The position numbers and the translations under genes were made by a program. A stretch of 64,000 nucleotides of DNA from an uncultured Verrucomicrobiae bacterium (lineage in GTDB: Bacteria > Verrucomicrobiota > Verrucomicrobiia > Palsa-1439): the NCBI GenBank assembly GCA_963812605.1, contig CAWEWF010000014.1:36418-100417 (forward strand), in the 5' to 3' direction. Under the pieces are notes generated by a model. That model did no database searches. It saw only the letters and a list, made by a program, of their open reading frames with translations, and was not told the DNA's origin. Positions 56,470 to 64,000 of the stretch are shown in pieces (the stretch's first letter is position 1; each line of letters begins with the position of its first letter).

Positions 56470-57963
56470 CTACGGCACCAGCACGCGAACGCGGTAGTAG
56501 CGCGACGGTTTATTCGTCGCCCCGCCCAGATCCACCATATTGGTAAGGGTGCCAAGCCCCACACCGCCCATGAGGACGTTCGTCACGCCAGTGCTTGCGA
56601 AGTTGTTACTGTTGTAGCTGCCGTTGGCCGTGCCCACAGTGAACTCCAGCACGTTGGTGCGGCTCCCCAACGGTGGCATGCGGCTGCTATCGCCGCTGGC
56701 TCCCAGGTAACTCACAAAGACGTTCGTGCCGCCGTTCGTCGCAGCGATGCTAATGATGTGAACGTATGCCGCAGCATTGGTGGGATTGAATCCCGCCAGG
56801 AACTGGTTGGTGTTGCTCATCCCTTTGCCAAACGGATCCGCGCCCGGTCCACTGAATGCTGGATTGGTCAGTTCACCGGACGTGAAATACTGGTTCTGCC
56901 AGACTGCAAATGGATCCGTCCCCAGCGGCTGAAACGCGGCATCATCAAAATACACGGATCCACTGCTGTACGCGACGTTCTTGAACAGTAAGGTATACCG
57001 GGATAACATCGTGTTCGGGGGTGCGGTGGCAGTCAATACCAGTTGTGTGTACACATTCAGCGTTAGATTGTTCTGGTTGACGTCGACCTCCTGCGCAGCC
57101 AGCAGACCATTGGTCGTGTCCTCAAACTCAATTTTCAAGGTCGCGGCATTGTTGGTGCCGATAGGGTCGGATGACAGGCTCTGTACCCACGCCGTTGCCA
57201 TCCAGGCCTGTCCCGCCGTCGCGAGGACATCCTGATACGCGCCGGAGTAGTTCGGGTCGGCATTGAATCCGCCAAACATCTTGAGGTCCTGCGTTCCGGT
57301 GTGTGAATTGCCCGAGTTACGCAGAACATTGGGGATGACGTTATTGAAGAAAACCCAGTTGAGGGCATTTGTATCTCCGAACTCAAAACCTGGATTCTCC
57401 AATTGCGTCGATGCAAACTCCGCATCATCAAAATACACGGAACCGCTGTTGAATGCGACGTTCTTAAACACTAAGGCATACCGGGCATACATCGTGTTCG
57501 GGGGTGCGGTGGCAGTCAATACCAGTTGTGTGTATACATTCAGCGTTAGATTGTTCTGGTTGACGTCGACCTCCTGCGCAGCCAGGAAACCGTTGGTCGC
57601 GTCATGAAACTCAATTTTCAAGGTCGCGATATTGTTGGTGCCCATAGGGTCGGATGACAGGCTCTTGACGAACACCGTTGCCTTCCACGTGTCTCCCGCC
57701 GTCGCGAGGACGTCCTGATACGCGCCGGAGTAGTTCGGGTCAGCGTTGAATCCGCCAAACACCTTGAGGTCCTCCGTTCCGGTGCGGGAATTGCCAAAGT
57801 CACGCTGAACATTGGGGATGACGTTATTGAAGAAAACCCAGTAAGAGGCATTTGAATCTCCGTACTCAAAGCTTGCGTTCTGGAGTTGGGCCGGGCTCGA
57901 TGTTGCGAAAGCGGCGTACACGAGAAGACCAAAACCGTAGCCAATCCACTTGCTGTGCGAATT
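56470..57963 (-). CDS. Secreted protein with two tandem CBM_4_9-like carbohydrate-binding modules and the shared C-terminal domain (…[12 protein letters not shown])
   Basis: Signal peptide [26 protein letters not shown]. Two ~153-aa modules about 80% identical. Shared C-terminal domain. Confidence 0.75.
   Translation of the reverse strand, partial: NSHSKWIGYGFGLLVYAAFATSSPAQLQNASFEYGDSNASYWVFFNNVIPNVQRDFGNSRTGTEDLKVFGGFNADPNYSGAYQDVLATAGDTWKATVFVKSLSSDPMGTNNIATLKIEFHDATNGFLAAQEVDVNQNNLTLNVYTQLVLTATAPPNTMYARYALVFKNVAFNSGSVYFDDAEFASTQLENPGFEFGDTNALNWVFFNNVIPNVLRNSGNSHTGTQDLKMFGGFNADPNYSGAYQDVLATAGQAWMATAWVQSLSSDPIGTNNAATLKIEFEDTTNGLLAAQEVDVNQNNLTLNVYTQLVLTATAPPNTMLSRYTLLFKNVAYSSGSVYFDDAAFQPLGTDPFAVWQNQYFTSGELTNPAFSGPGADPFGKGMSNTNQFLAGFNPTNAAAYVHIISIAATNGGTNVFVSYLGASGDSSRMPPLGSRTNVLEFTVGTANGSYNSNNFASTGVTNVLMGGVGLGTLTNMVDLGGATNKPSRYYRVRVLVP
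56941..57873. repeat. Tandem direct duplication, 2 x ~470 bp, inside the CBM gene; copies include >100-bp identical stretches
   Basis: For example, ccgggataacatcgtgttcgggggtgcggtggcagtcaataccagttgtgtgta… occurs at ~57000 and ~57480. Confidence 0.8.
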
Positions 57964-57986
57964 CATAAAGCTTATCCCTTCAGAAC

Positions 57987-58000
57987 TAAGTGTTACGCAT
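57987..58000. promoter_or_regulatory. Candidate LacI-family operator half-palindrome TGTTACGCATAACA; second inverted copy at 58193-58206
   Basis: 14-bp site with palindromic arms TGTTA/TAACA. Two copies lie in the AT-rich divergent region between the CBM gene and the LacI gene. A TTGACA-17 bp-TATGCG sigma70-like element sits at ~58171-58205. Confidence 0.35.
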
Positions 58001-58553
58001 AACATGTCACAACCAATACTTCTTGTCAACAACATTTGAAGCCAGACCCACGAGCCGGAAAGGCGGTCATCGTTACAAAAAGCGCTATTTTATTGAAAAA
58101 TGCGCAAAAATGATCGGCAAATTTTGTTGTAGTTGCATCTGTTTTCATTGGCGGGGCTTCCACGAGTGGCTGTTGACAATTCAAAAAATATATGTTATGC
58201 GTAACTGGTGGAAAGTGAAGGCGCGTTGCACGCGGTTGGATGGGTTCCAAGAGTCGGTCTTTGCCCAAACAATTCGTCGCAGTCCCGTTGGGTGGGTGAT
58301 GAGGTTGTGACGTGAACGTGATTACTCGTATTGCACTGACCTTCATGACTGTGGGTGTGGCTTTCGTCACGCTGTTTAACCCACAGCAAGACTGCAAGCG
58401 ATTTTAGCATTGGTATATTGATATATGGATACCTTCAATTTCATCACGGCGCGCGGGATCTCTGACTCTTCGAAAAAGCCCGTTGACAAGGCAGAGACGG
58501 CGAAGCTACAAGGGCTCGCGTATTTGGGGAGCTGCGTGAAACGAACCGTAACA

Positions 58554-59574
58554 ATGAACGACATTGCCCAGAAAACGGGTTTATCGGCGATGACCGTCTC
58601 CCGAGTCCTCGCTGGCAAGAAATGGGTATCGAAGTCTACCCAGGATCGGGTTCTTCAAGTCGCGAAAGAACTCGACTATCGCATGAACTCGCTGCCCCGC
58701 CAATTGCGGACCAATCGTAGCGAGCTAATTGGAGTGATCGCTCCTTTTAGCGGATTCGTCACGAGCTATTATTTTGGGCTGATCCTGTGCGGGATGAACC
58801 ACGCTCTGGATGGTACCCACTACCACTTGACTTTCTATGACAGCACATCCGGAAACTTGGACACGGTGGCGAAATGCCCGGAGCTTCTGTCGCGAAGGAC
58901 GGGTTGACGGGTTGATTGTTGTGGATCCGACCGGTCGTGAGGACTTCTCGAAAACCTTTGTCAACCTGGGCATGCCTATGGTGGTCGTAGGTGCTTCGTA
59001 CGGTAATCAGCGGATTAGTTACATCGATATGGACAATTACCAGGGCGCCGTGCTTGCCACTGAGCATCTAATTGCTCTGGGACATCGCCGGATCGGCTTT
59101 TGCGGTGGAATTGTTGAGCACGTCGATGCGATAGAACGCGAACGGGCGTTCCGCAAGACAATGCGCAGGCATGGCTTGCCGGTGATCGAGAAATGGGTTC
59201 TTCACTGCGACTTTGAAATGCGTAAAGCGCTGCATGCGGGACTAAAGTTGCTCGATACCCGCGATCGCCCCACCGGCATTTTCTCCGCAAATGACGTTAT
59301 GGCTTTTGGTTTGATTGACGCTGCAAGGATTCTTGGACTGGCTGTGCCAAGCGATTTGTCCGTGGCTGGATTCGATGACATTGATGACGCTGCAGCATTT
59401 CTACCGCCACTGACTACGGTGGGCCAGCCGATTCAGGAAATTGGCCGCACGGCGGTGGCCTATCTTCTGGGGGCCATTGGCAACCCCCGTCCTCCCATCC
59501 TCCACCAGAGACTACCTGCGCAACTTTTCATACGTGCGTCGACCGCGGCGCCGCCCAAGACCGGCGGTTCGTGA
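58554..59574 (+). pseudogene. LacI-family transcriptional regulator, one frameshift near 58.88-58.90 kb (ORFs 58425-58907 and 58837-59574)
   Basis: HTH MNDIAQKTGLSAMTVSRVL in the first frame. Periplasmic-binding-fold core (…GLIVVDP … GFDDI …) in the second frame. Confidence 0.7.
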
Positions 59575-59881
59575 GCCCTTCACTCAAAGGTTTATGCTGA
59601 TGAAGCTTGATATCGATTCTTCAACGGGATCGCGACCGGCAAGACGATATCTTTGTACTGTAATTGGCTTCACAATGATTTGTTTTCATGGGTGCACGAA
59701 TCGATTAGACATACCCGCAGGTTCCACCGTGAGCACGTCATCGGGATCGAATGTTCAAACGATCAGCGTGTCCCCTTTTATCAAGTCGTTCAGAAGTCCA
59801 CCGGCTATTTCTTCCAGCAGGGTACGAATCTGTTCTTGTCGACAGGCGTCTGCTCTGTGAATCCTGCAGAGTGGTCACCGG

Positions 59882-61606
59882 GTGCCGGCGGAGTCCATCC
59901 TGAAGAAGGCACAAGGTTCCTACGATGCCTTGCCGCGGTTCGGTGGCAATACCCAGCAGTGGGCTGTAGCCACGGTGGATCGGATTCGCTCATGGGGCTT
60001 CAACACCGCTGCGGCTTGGTGCGATGAGGAGATCTACAAGCAACCGATTCCATGCGCGCGCGTAATCTGGTTCGGCAACGATTCGCCGAGTGGCAACCGC
60101 CTTGTGGATGTGTTCAGCGCCGATTACGCGGCGCTGATTGAGGGCACCGCCGCAAAAGATGTCGAGCCGCACCGAAACGATGCATGGTTGATCGGGTATT
60201 TTATAAATAACGAACTGCCGTGGTACGGTGAATTCGGCTGGGCAACCGATCCTGAGAAGTCGTTGTTTAACCAATACTTCGCATTGCCCCCGGGCGCGCC
60301 AGGGCGACGCGAACTGTTTCGTTTTTTGCACGAACGCTACAGCTCCGTCGAGAAGCTGAAAGCGGATTGGAATACCAGCGCTGCCGACTGGGAAGAGTTG
60401 GAGAAAGAAGCGCACCTCACCGGCACGACGCTTACAGCTCATCGCGTGAAGTTTTCCTGGGCCGGCCGCGTGGCGGAACGTTACTTCGCGTTATGCGCGG
60501 AGGCCATCCGCCGCCACGATCCGAATCATCTGATTCTTGGCTGCCGATTTGCAACCAAACCGCCGCGTTCTGTTGTCGAGGCGATCGGCAACTACGCCGA
60601 TGTCGTCAGTATCAATATGTATTCTAAGAGCGGCGATCTGAACTTGGAATACTTGCGTAACGTGTATGCGCTCACACGTAAGCCCATCATGATTACAGAG
60701 TTCTCCTGGCGCGGGATGCAGAACCGTTCTGGCGATGCGAACACGGGCGGCGCGGATGTGACCGTCCAGACTCAGCAGGAGAGGGCGGATCACTATCGAC
60801 GTTACGTCTCGCACCTGCTGCAGGAGCCTTACATAGTCGGCATGCATTGGTTCCAATATGTGGATCAACCGCCGGCTGGCCGTTATCTCGACGGTGAGAA
60901 TTCCAATTATGGCATCGTTGATATCCATGACGAGCCCTATGAGGAACTGACCGGCGCGATGCAGCAAACCAATGCGCGTCTACCATCGCTTCGAGAGGGA
61001 CGAGTGGGGACGGTTCCCGTCGCATTCGACGAGAGATCATGGAACGAATTGATGCCGATCCACGTCGCCGCAGGCAAGCTCGCTCAGCCGGTAATATTAG
61101 CAGCCGCAACGTCGAAAGCACCTCTGTCTTTGTTTGAATTGCATGCCGACAGTTCGCAGGGGAATCAAGGGGCATGGGAACGCGCTCCCGATGCCTGGAT
61201 TTTCCATTATCAATCTGCTCGCGGGTGGGGGGTGCACGGTGACATACCACTTGAGGAGATCCTGCCCGCAGGTGCTGCCAACGTCGAAGTCGAGCTTCAA
61301 GCGCCATCTGGTTTGCAAATGCAAGTGTTCCTCCAAGAGACCGGGGATGGCCCGACAGGTCTACAAGTGTATCAAGGCAAGAACGGTGCCGACGGTGAAT
61401 CATTCGAGTTGCCACAATTCGCTGCCACGGGTACACGTCAGGTCGTACGCTTCAACTTGAACGATTGTGTGCGTCGGGTTTACTGGGGTAACCAGGGGGG
61501 CAATCTAACAGTAGATACACAGGGACTCCGCAGCCTGAGTATCTATCTCCATGCCGGACAGGGATCAGGCGACGTACGCATCTATGCCGTTAGCTTTACA
61601 AGTTGA
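59882..61606 (+). CDS. Glycoside hydrolase, TIM-barrel (clan GH-A-like); N-terminus probably truncated or frameshifted
   Basis: WGFNT…, ITEFSW and GMHWFQYVDQ strand-end motifs are typical of GH-A retaining hydrolases. A lipoprotein-like signal (…MICFHGC) sits upstream at ~59590 in the same frame but is separated by a stop. Confidence 0.55.
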   Translation: MPAESILKKAQGSYDALPRFGGNTQQWAVATVDRIRSWGFNTAAAWCDEEIYKQPIPCARVIWFGNDSPSGNRLVDVFSADYAALIEGTAAKDVEPHRNDAWLIGYFINNELPWYGEFGWATDPEKSLFNQYFALPPGAPGRRELFRFLHERYSSVEKLKADWNTSAADWEELEKEAHLTGTTLTAHRVKFSWAGRVAERYFALCAEAIRRHDPNHLILGCRFATKPPRSVVEAIGNYADVVSINMYSKSGDLNLEYLRNVYALTRKPIMITEFSWRGMQNRSGDANTGGADVTVQTQQERADHYRRYVSHLLQEPYIVGMHWFQYVDQPPAGRYLDGENSNYGIVDIHDEPYEELTGAMQQTNARLPSLREGRVGTVPVAFDERSWNELMPIHVAAGKLAQPVILAAATSKAPLSLFELHADSSQGNQGAWERAPDAWIFHYQSARGWGVHGDIPLEEILPAGAANVEVELQAPSGLQMQVFLQETGDGPTGLQVYQGKNGADGESFELPQFAATGTRQVVRFNLNDCVRRVYWGNQGGNLTVDTQGLRSLSIYLHAGQGSGDVRIYAVSFTS

Positions 61607-61760
61607 GGTAACACACGTATCAGACTTTGGATCAGTATCGCGGGGATTGCCTTAAATCCCAAACTGGACTGGAGGCGAGACATGCCAAGGCGCGATGAGA
61701 ACGACTAAACCAACGGCCCGCACTTGCCGCGCAGGTTTACCGGAGAACTCGTCAACGAAA

Positions 61761-62417
61761 CTACACGCGACGCCGCTTGGCGAACGCGACAAGACCCAGC
61801 AGACCCGTCAGCGCCAGCGCGACGGTGCTCGGCTCGGGAACCAGCGTCTGGTCATCGAAGTAAACGGTGACCGGTGTGGCATCAAGGACGAGATCAAACA
61901 CCTGTATGGACGCCGTGCCCGCCGGAGCAGTAGCCGTTACTGACAGTGGCACCCAAACACCCGCCACGGCATTGGTGCCGTTGATCTCATTGCCGAGCTC
62001 GGCGTTTCCTGGCGACGTCTCGGCAGTACCGAGATTACTCCCCGTGCCAGCGGGTCCAGACCAGTAGGTAATCTGCAAGGCGCCCCAAGTGTTGACGTTG
62101 GTGCCGGGGACTGTTGGCGTGAGGCCAAATGCCGTCATGGTGAAAATCTGACCAGCACTCGCCGGGAACGTTTGATAAGCGCCTGGGACGGTGAAACCTC
62201 CCGGGCCCGCCAACTTGTTTGCATTTGTTCCGGAATGCGCGAAGTCGGTTGAAAACACGCCGCCGTTAAAGAACGTCCAACCGCCAACACCGTTGCCGGA
62301 GGGGCTGGTGACCGACCCTTCAGAACCTGGATCTACGAGAAGATTGGCCCTACTCGTTGTGGACATAGTCAGTGTGCAGACGGCGACGCAGACCAGTAGA
62401 ATACTAACTCGCTTCAT
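61761..62417 (-). CDS. PEP-CTERM sorting-domain protein (secreted, exosortase substrate)
   Basis: Signal peptide. C-terminal VPEPSTVALALTGLLGLVAFAKRRRV is the PEP motif plus TM plus basic tail. Confidence 0.85.
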   Translation of the reverse strand: MKRVSILLVCVAVCTLTMSTTSRANLLVDPGSEGSVTSPSGNGVGGWTFFNGGVFSTDFAHSGTNANKLAGPGGFTVPGAYQTFPASAGQIFTMTAFGLTPTVPGTNVNTWGALQITYWSGPAGTGSNLGTAETSPGNAELGNEINGTNAVAGVWVPLSVTATAPAGTASIQVFDLVLDATPVTVYFDDQTLVPEPSTVALALTGLLGLVAFAKRRRV

Positions 62418-62648
62418 AACCTTATCTCCCTTGGGTTTTACTAACCCTAACTATACTCGCTTGATGCAAATCATTGCAGTTTCTTCGAAATATGTCAAGC
62501 GCATATTTAGAAGCAAATGGGAACCCGTGGGTACATCATGACCCCCCTGTGGTGAAGTTGAAGGTGATGAGTATGAGGCGGCTGCGGGATGGCCAGCCGC
62601 ATACGTCAATTCACAGCATGTGTGAGATGGGAGCGAGGACGCTCCACT

Positions 62649-64000
62649 CTACGATGAGCCTCTACTGATCGGGGTGATACTGATCAAGGCTACGAAAGGT
62701 TCGGCACGGTCAAGATCGGCATACCGTCTGGGTTGCATGTGGACTGTGGCGAGTTCATTTTCCCGGAGCAAATCGGCCAGTCGACCGAGACGCCAACCCA
62801 AAATCATCACGTCGGCGTTGGAGAAGGCGAGCGCAAGTTTTTGCGGCGGAGCGTTCTTATCTTGCCCCGCGTCCGGGTTGGGTTCCAGGGTGTAATCAAT
62901 CAACTGGTTGGTGTGAAAGCCACGCCGGCGCTCCTCGTCGACATGGAACTCGATGCAGGCGCAATACTTGACGGAGGTTGTATAGCAGTCGTCTTTGGTG
63001 GGGTGCATGGGGTGATTGAGGGTTGAATGTTCAGACACCAATGCCGCGAGAGTGGCCGATGCTTTCAGGCGGGGTGATGCCCCGACGCAGCTTGCGGCGG
63101 GCGGACTGCTCTTGCTGCAGAGCTTCCTTGACCGTGCGAGATCGTTTGAGGCCGCTGGTTCGTTTGACGGAGTCGGCCGTTTGACGGAGTCAGCCTGTTT
63201 TATGGACTCAGCTTGTTTGATGGACTCGGTTTGCTCAAACTTGGTCGTGACAGTTTCCTTTTGCTCAATGACGGACCGTTCGCGAAGCCATCGCTGCACA
63301 TCTTCGGCCACCTGTGCGAGCCGTTGCACCGGAGATAAACGCGTGGCGCGGAAAGCTCGCGGCGACTGACGCATCGGGCGCACCGTGCGAAAATCTTGGT
63401 GCACCGCGCTCGCCGGGGTGCCGATATCCTGCTCTTGCTGCGGTTGTCGCAGGAAACCGAGTTTGGCCAGGTCATCGCGCAGGCCTTGGAGTTCGACCGC
63501 AGCCTTGCGTTCGTGCGAATCGGTCACGCGACGCGCGAGCAGTTCGGCATCATCGGTGAACACATGAACACGCTTGCGCCCGCGCGAAATGGAAACGTAG
63601 AACTGTTCACGGTTCACCGCGCCGAACGAACGCGACGATGCGACCAAAAGCACGTCATCGACGGTCTTGCTCTGTGATGAGTGTGAGGTTACGGCGTAGC
63701 CGTGGGTGAAGGTGTTGAATGTGCCAGGCAGCACCCGGCCATCGGTGAGACTGATACGGCCACCGCTGATCTCCCGAACCTGAACACGCTCACCGTTGAT
63801 GAACTCTTTGCCATGATTAGCTTGCAACAATAGCCAATCGCCAGCAGCGACTTTCAACTCGCGGGACACGCCCACGTCGAACGAGGCGGCGGCACCGGCC
63901 GGGATAAAATCCACTTCCATTCCATCCGGACGGCGAACGCGCAGTCCGTTTTCGAGAACGGCTCGGATTTCGACCGTCTCGCCCCGATCAAAGTCGCGCG
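62649..64000 (-). CDS. C-terminal part of an SF1 helicase/relaxase-like protein (RecD/TraA/TrwC-type motif VI), runs off window end; low-complexity repeat-containing tail
   Basis: HGYAVTSHSSQSKTVDDVLLV … NREQFYVSISRGRKRVHVF matches helicase motif VI and the downstream region. The frame stays open to position 64000. Confidence 0.55.
   Translation of the reverse strand, partial: RDFDRGETVEIRAVLENGLRVRRPDGMEVDFIPAGAAASFDVGVSRELKVAAGDWLLLQANHGKEFINGERVQVREISGGRISLTDGRVLPGTFNTFTHGYAVTSHSSQSKTVDDVLLVASSRSFGAVNREQFYVSISRGRKRVHVFTDDAELLARRVTDSHERKAAVELQGLRDDLAKLGFLRQPQQEQDIGTPASAVHQDFRTVRPMRQSPRAFRATRLSPVQRLAQVAEDVQRWLRERSVIEQKETVTTKFEQTESIKQAESIKQADSVKRPTPSNEPAASNDLARSRKLCSKSSPPAASCVGASPRLKASATLAALVSEHSTLNHPMHPTKDDCYTTSVKYCACIEFHVDEERRRGFHTNQLIDYTLEPNPDAGQDKNAPPQKLALAFSNADVMILGWRLGRLADLLRENELATVHMQPRRYADLDRAEPFVALISITPISRGSS

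Noticed and set aside
59590-59860. Lipoprotein-like signal peptide ORF upstream of the GH gene (MLMKLDIDSS…MICFHGC)
   Set aside because: In frame with the GH but separated by a TGA, and followed by Ser-rich low-complexity sequence. Could be the real N-terminus after frameshift repair, but this cannot be established from sequence alone.

Overview
High-GC chromosomal segment. The gene content points to a Verrucomicrobia/Planctomycetes-type bacterium: a PEP-CTERM anchored protein, a prepilin-type N-terminal/DUF1559 protein, an autotransporter-associated beta-strand-repeat (PATR) adhesin, DUF2934 and four-helix-bundle proteins. Positions 1-14.6 kb on the minus strand hold a locus of very large secreted alpha-glucan enzymes: a partial glycoside hydrolase running off the window edge, a roughly 2,950-aa GH13 alpha-amylase-family protein broken by three frameshifts, and a GH57-like/FN3 protein broken by one frameshift. 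The middle of the window (14.8-42.8 kb) is housekeeping and accessory genes: a GT4 glycosyltransferase, a macro-domain protein, an M29 aminopeptidase, a PIG-L/LmbE deacetylase, an ExeA-like secretion ATPase with small partner proteins, an ACT-malic enzyme, a B12-binding radical-SAM protein, a SYLF protein, an HUH (IS200-like/RAYT-like) transposase-domain protein, an S1/P1 nuclease, two paralogous SPFH proteins flanking a four-helix-bundle protein, a cupredoxin, a ClC channel cotranscribed with a ClpX-like unfoldase, BtpA, and a heterodimeric ABC exporter pair. From 42.9 kb onward the window has lower-GC patches and mobile-element hallmarks: a partial tRNA 3' end (att-like) next to a tyrosine integrase, a frameshifted IS1380-like transposase, an Xis/AlpA-like HTH protein, a DUF4143 AAA ATPase, and the C-terminal part of a relaxase/SF1-helicase-like gene running off the window end. 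The most unusual item sits in this region: a histidine kinase, a stand-alone receiver, and a receiver fused to a TIR-like (CAP12/Pycsar-effector-type, COG4271) domain. Other items worth attention are a HicB-like gene followed by a HicA-domain fusion, a roughly 90-aa C-terminal domain ending YYR[VI]R[LV]xP shared by five unrelated secreted proteins (a candidate sorting signal), and a triplicated SPFH N-terminal motif. At least 8-10 genes carry single frameshifts, which suggests indel errors in the assembly rather than mass pseudogenisation. No rRNA, no intact tRNA and no CRISPR array was seen.
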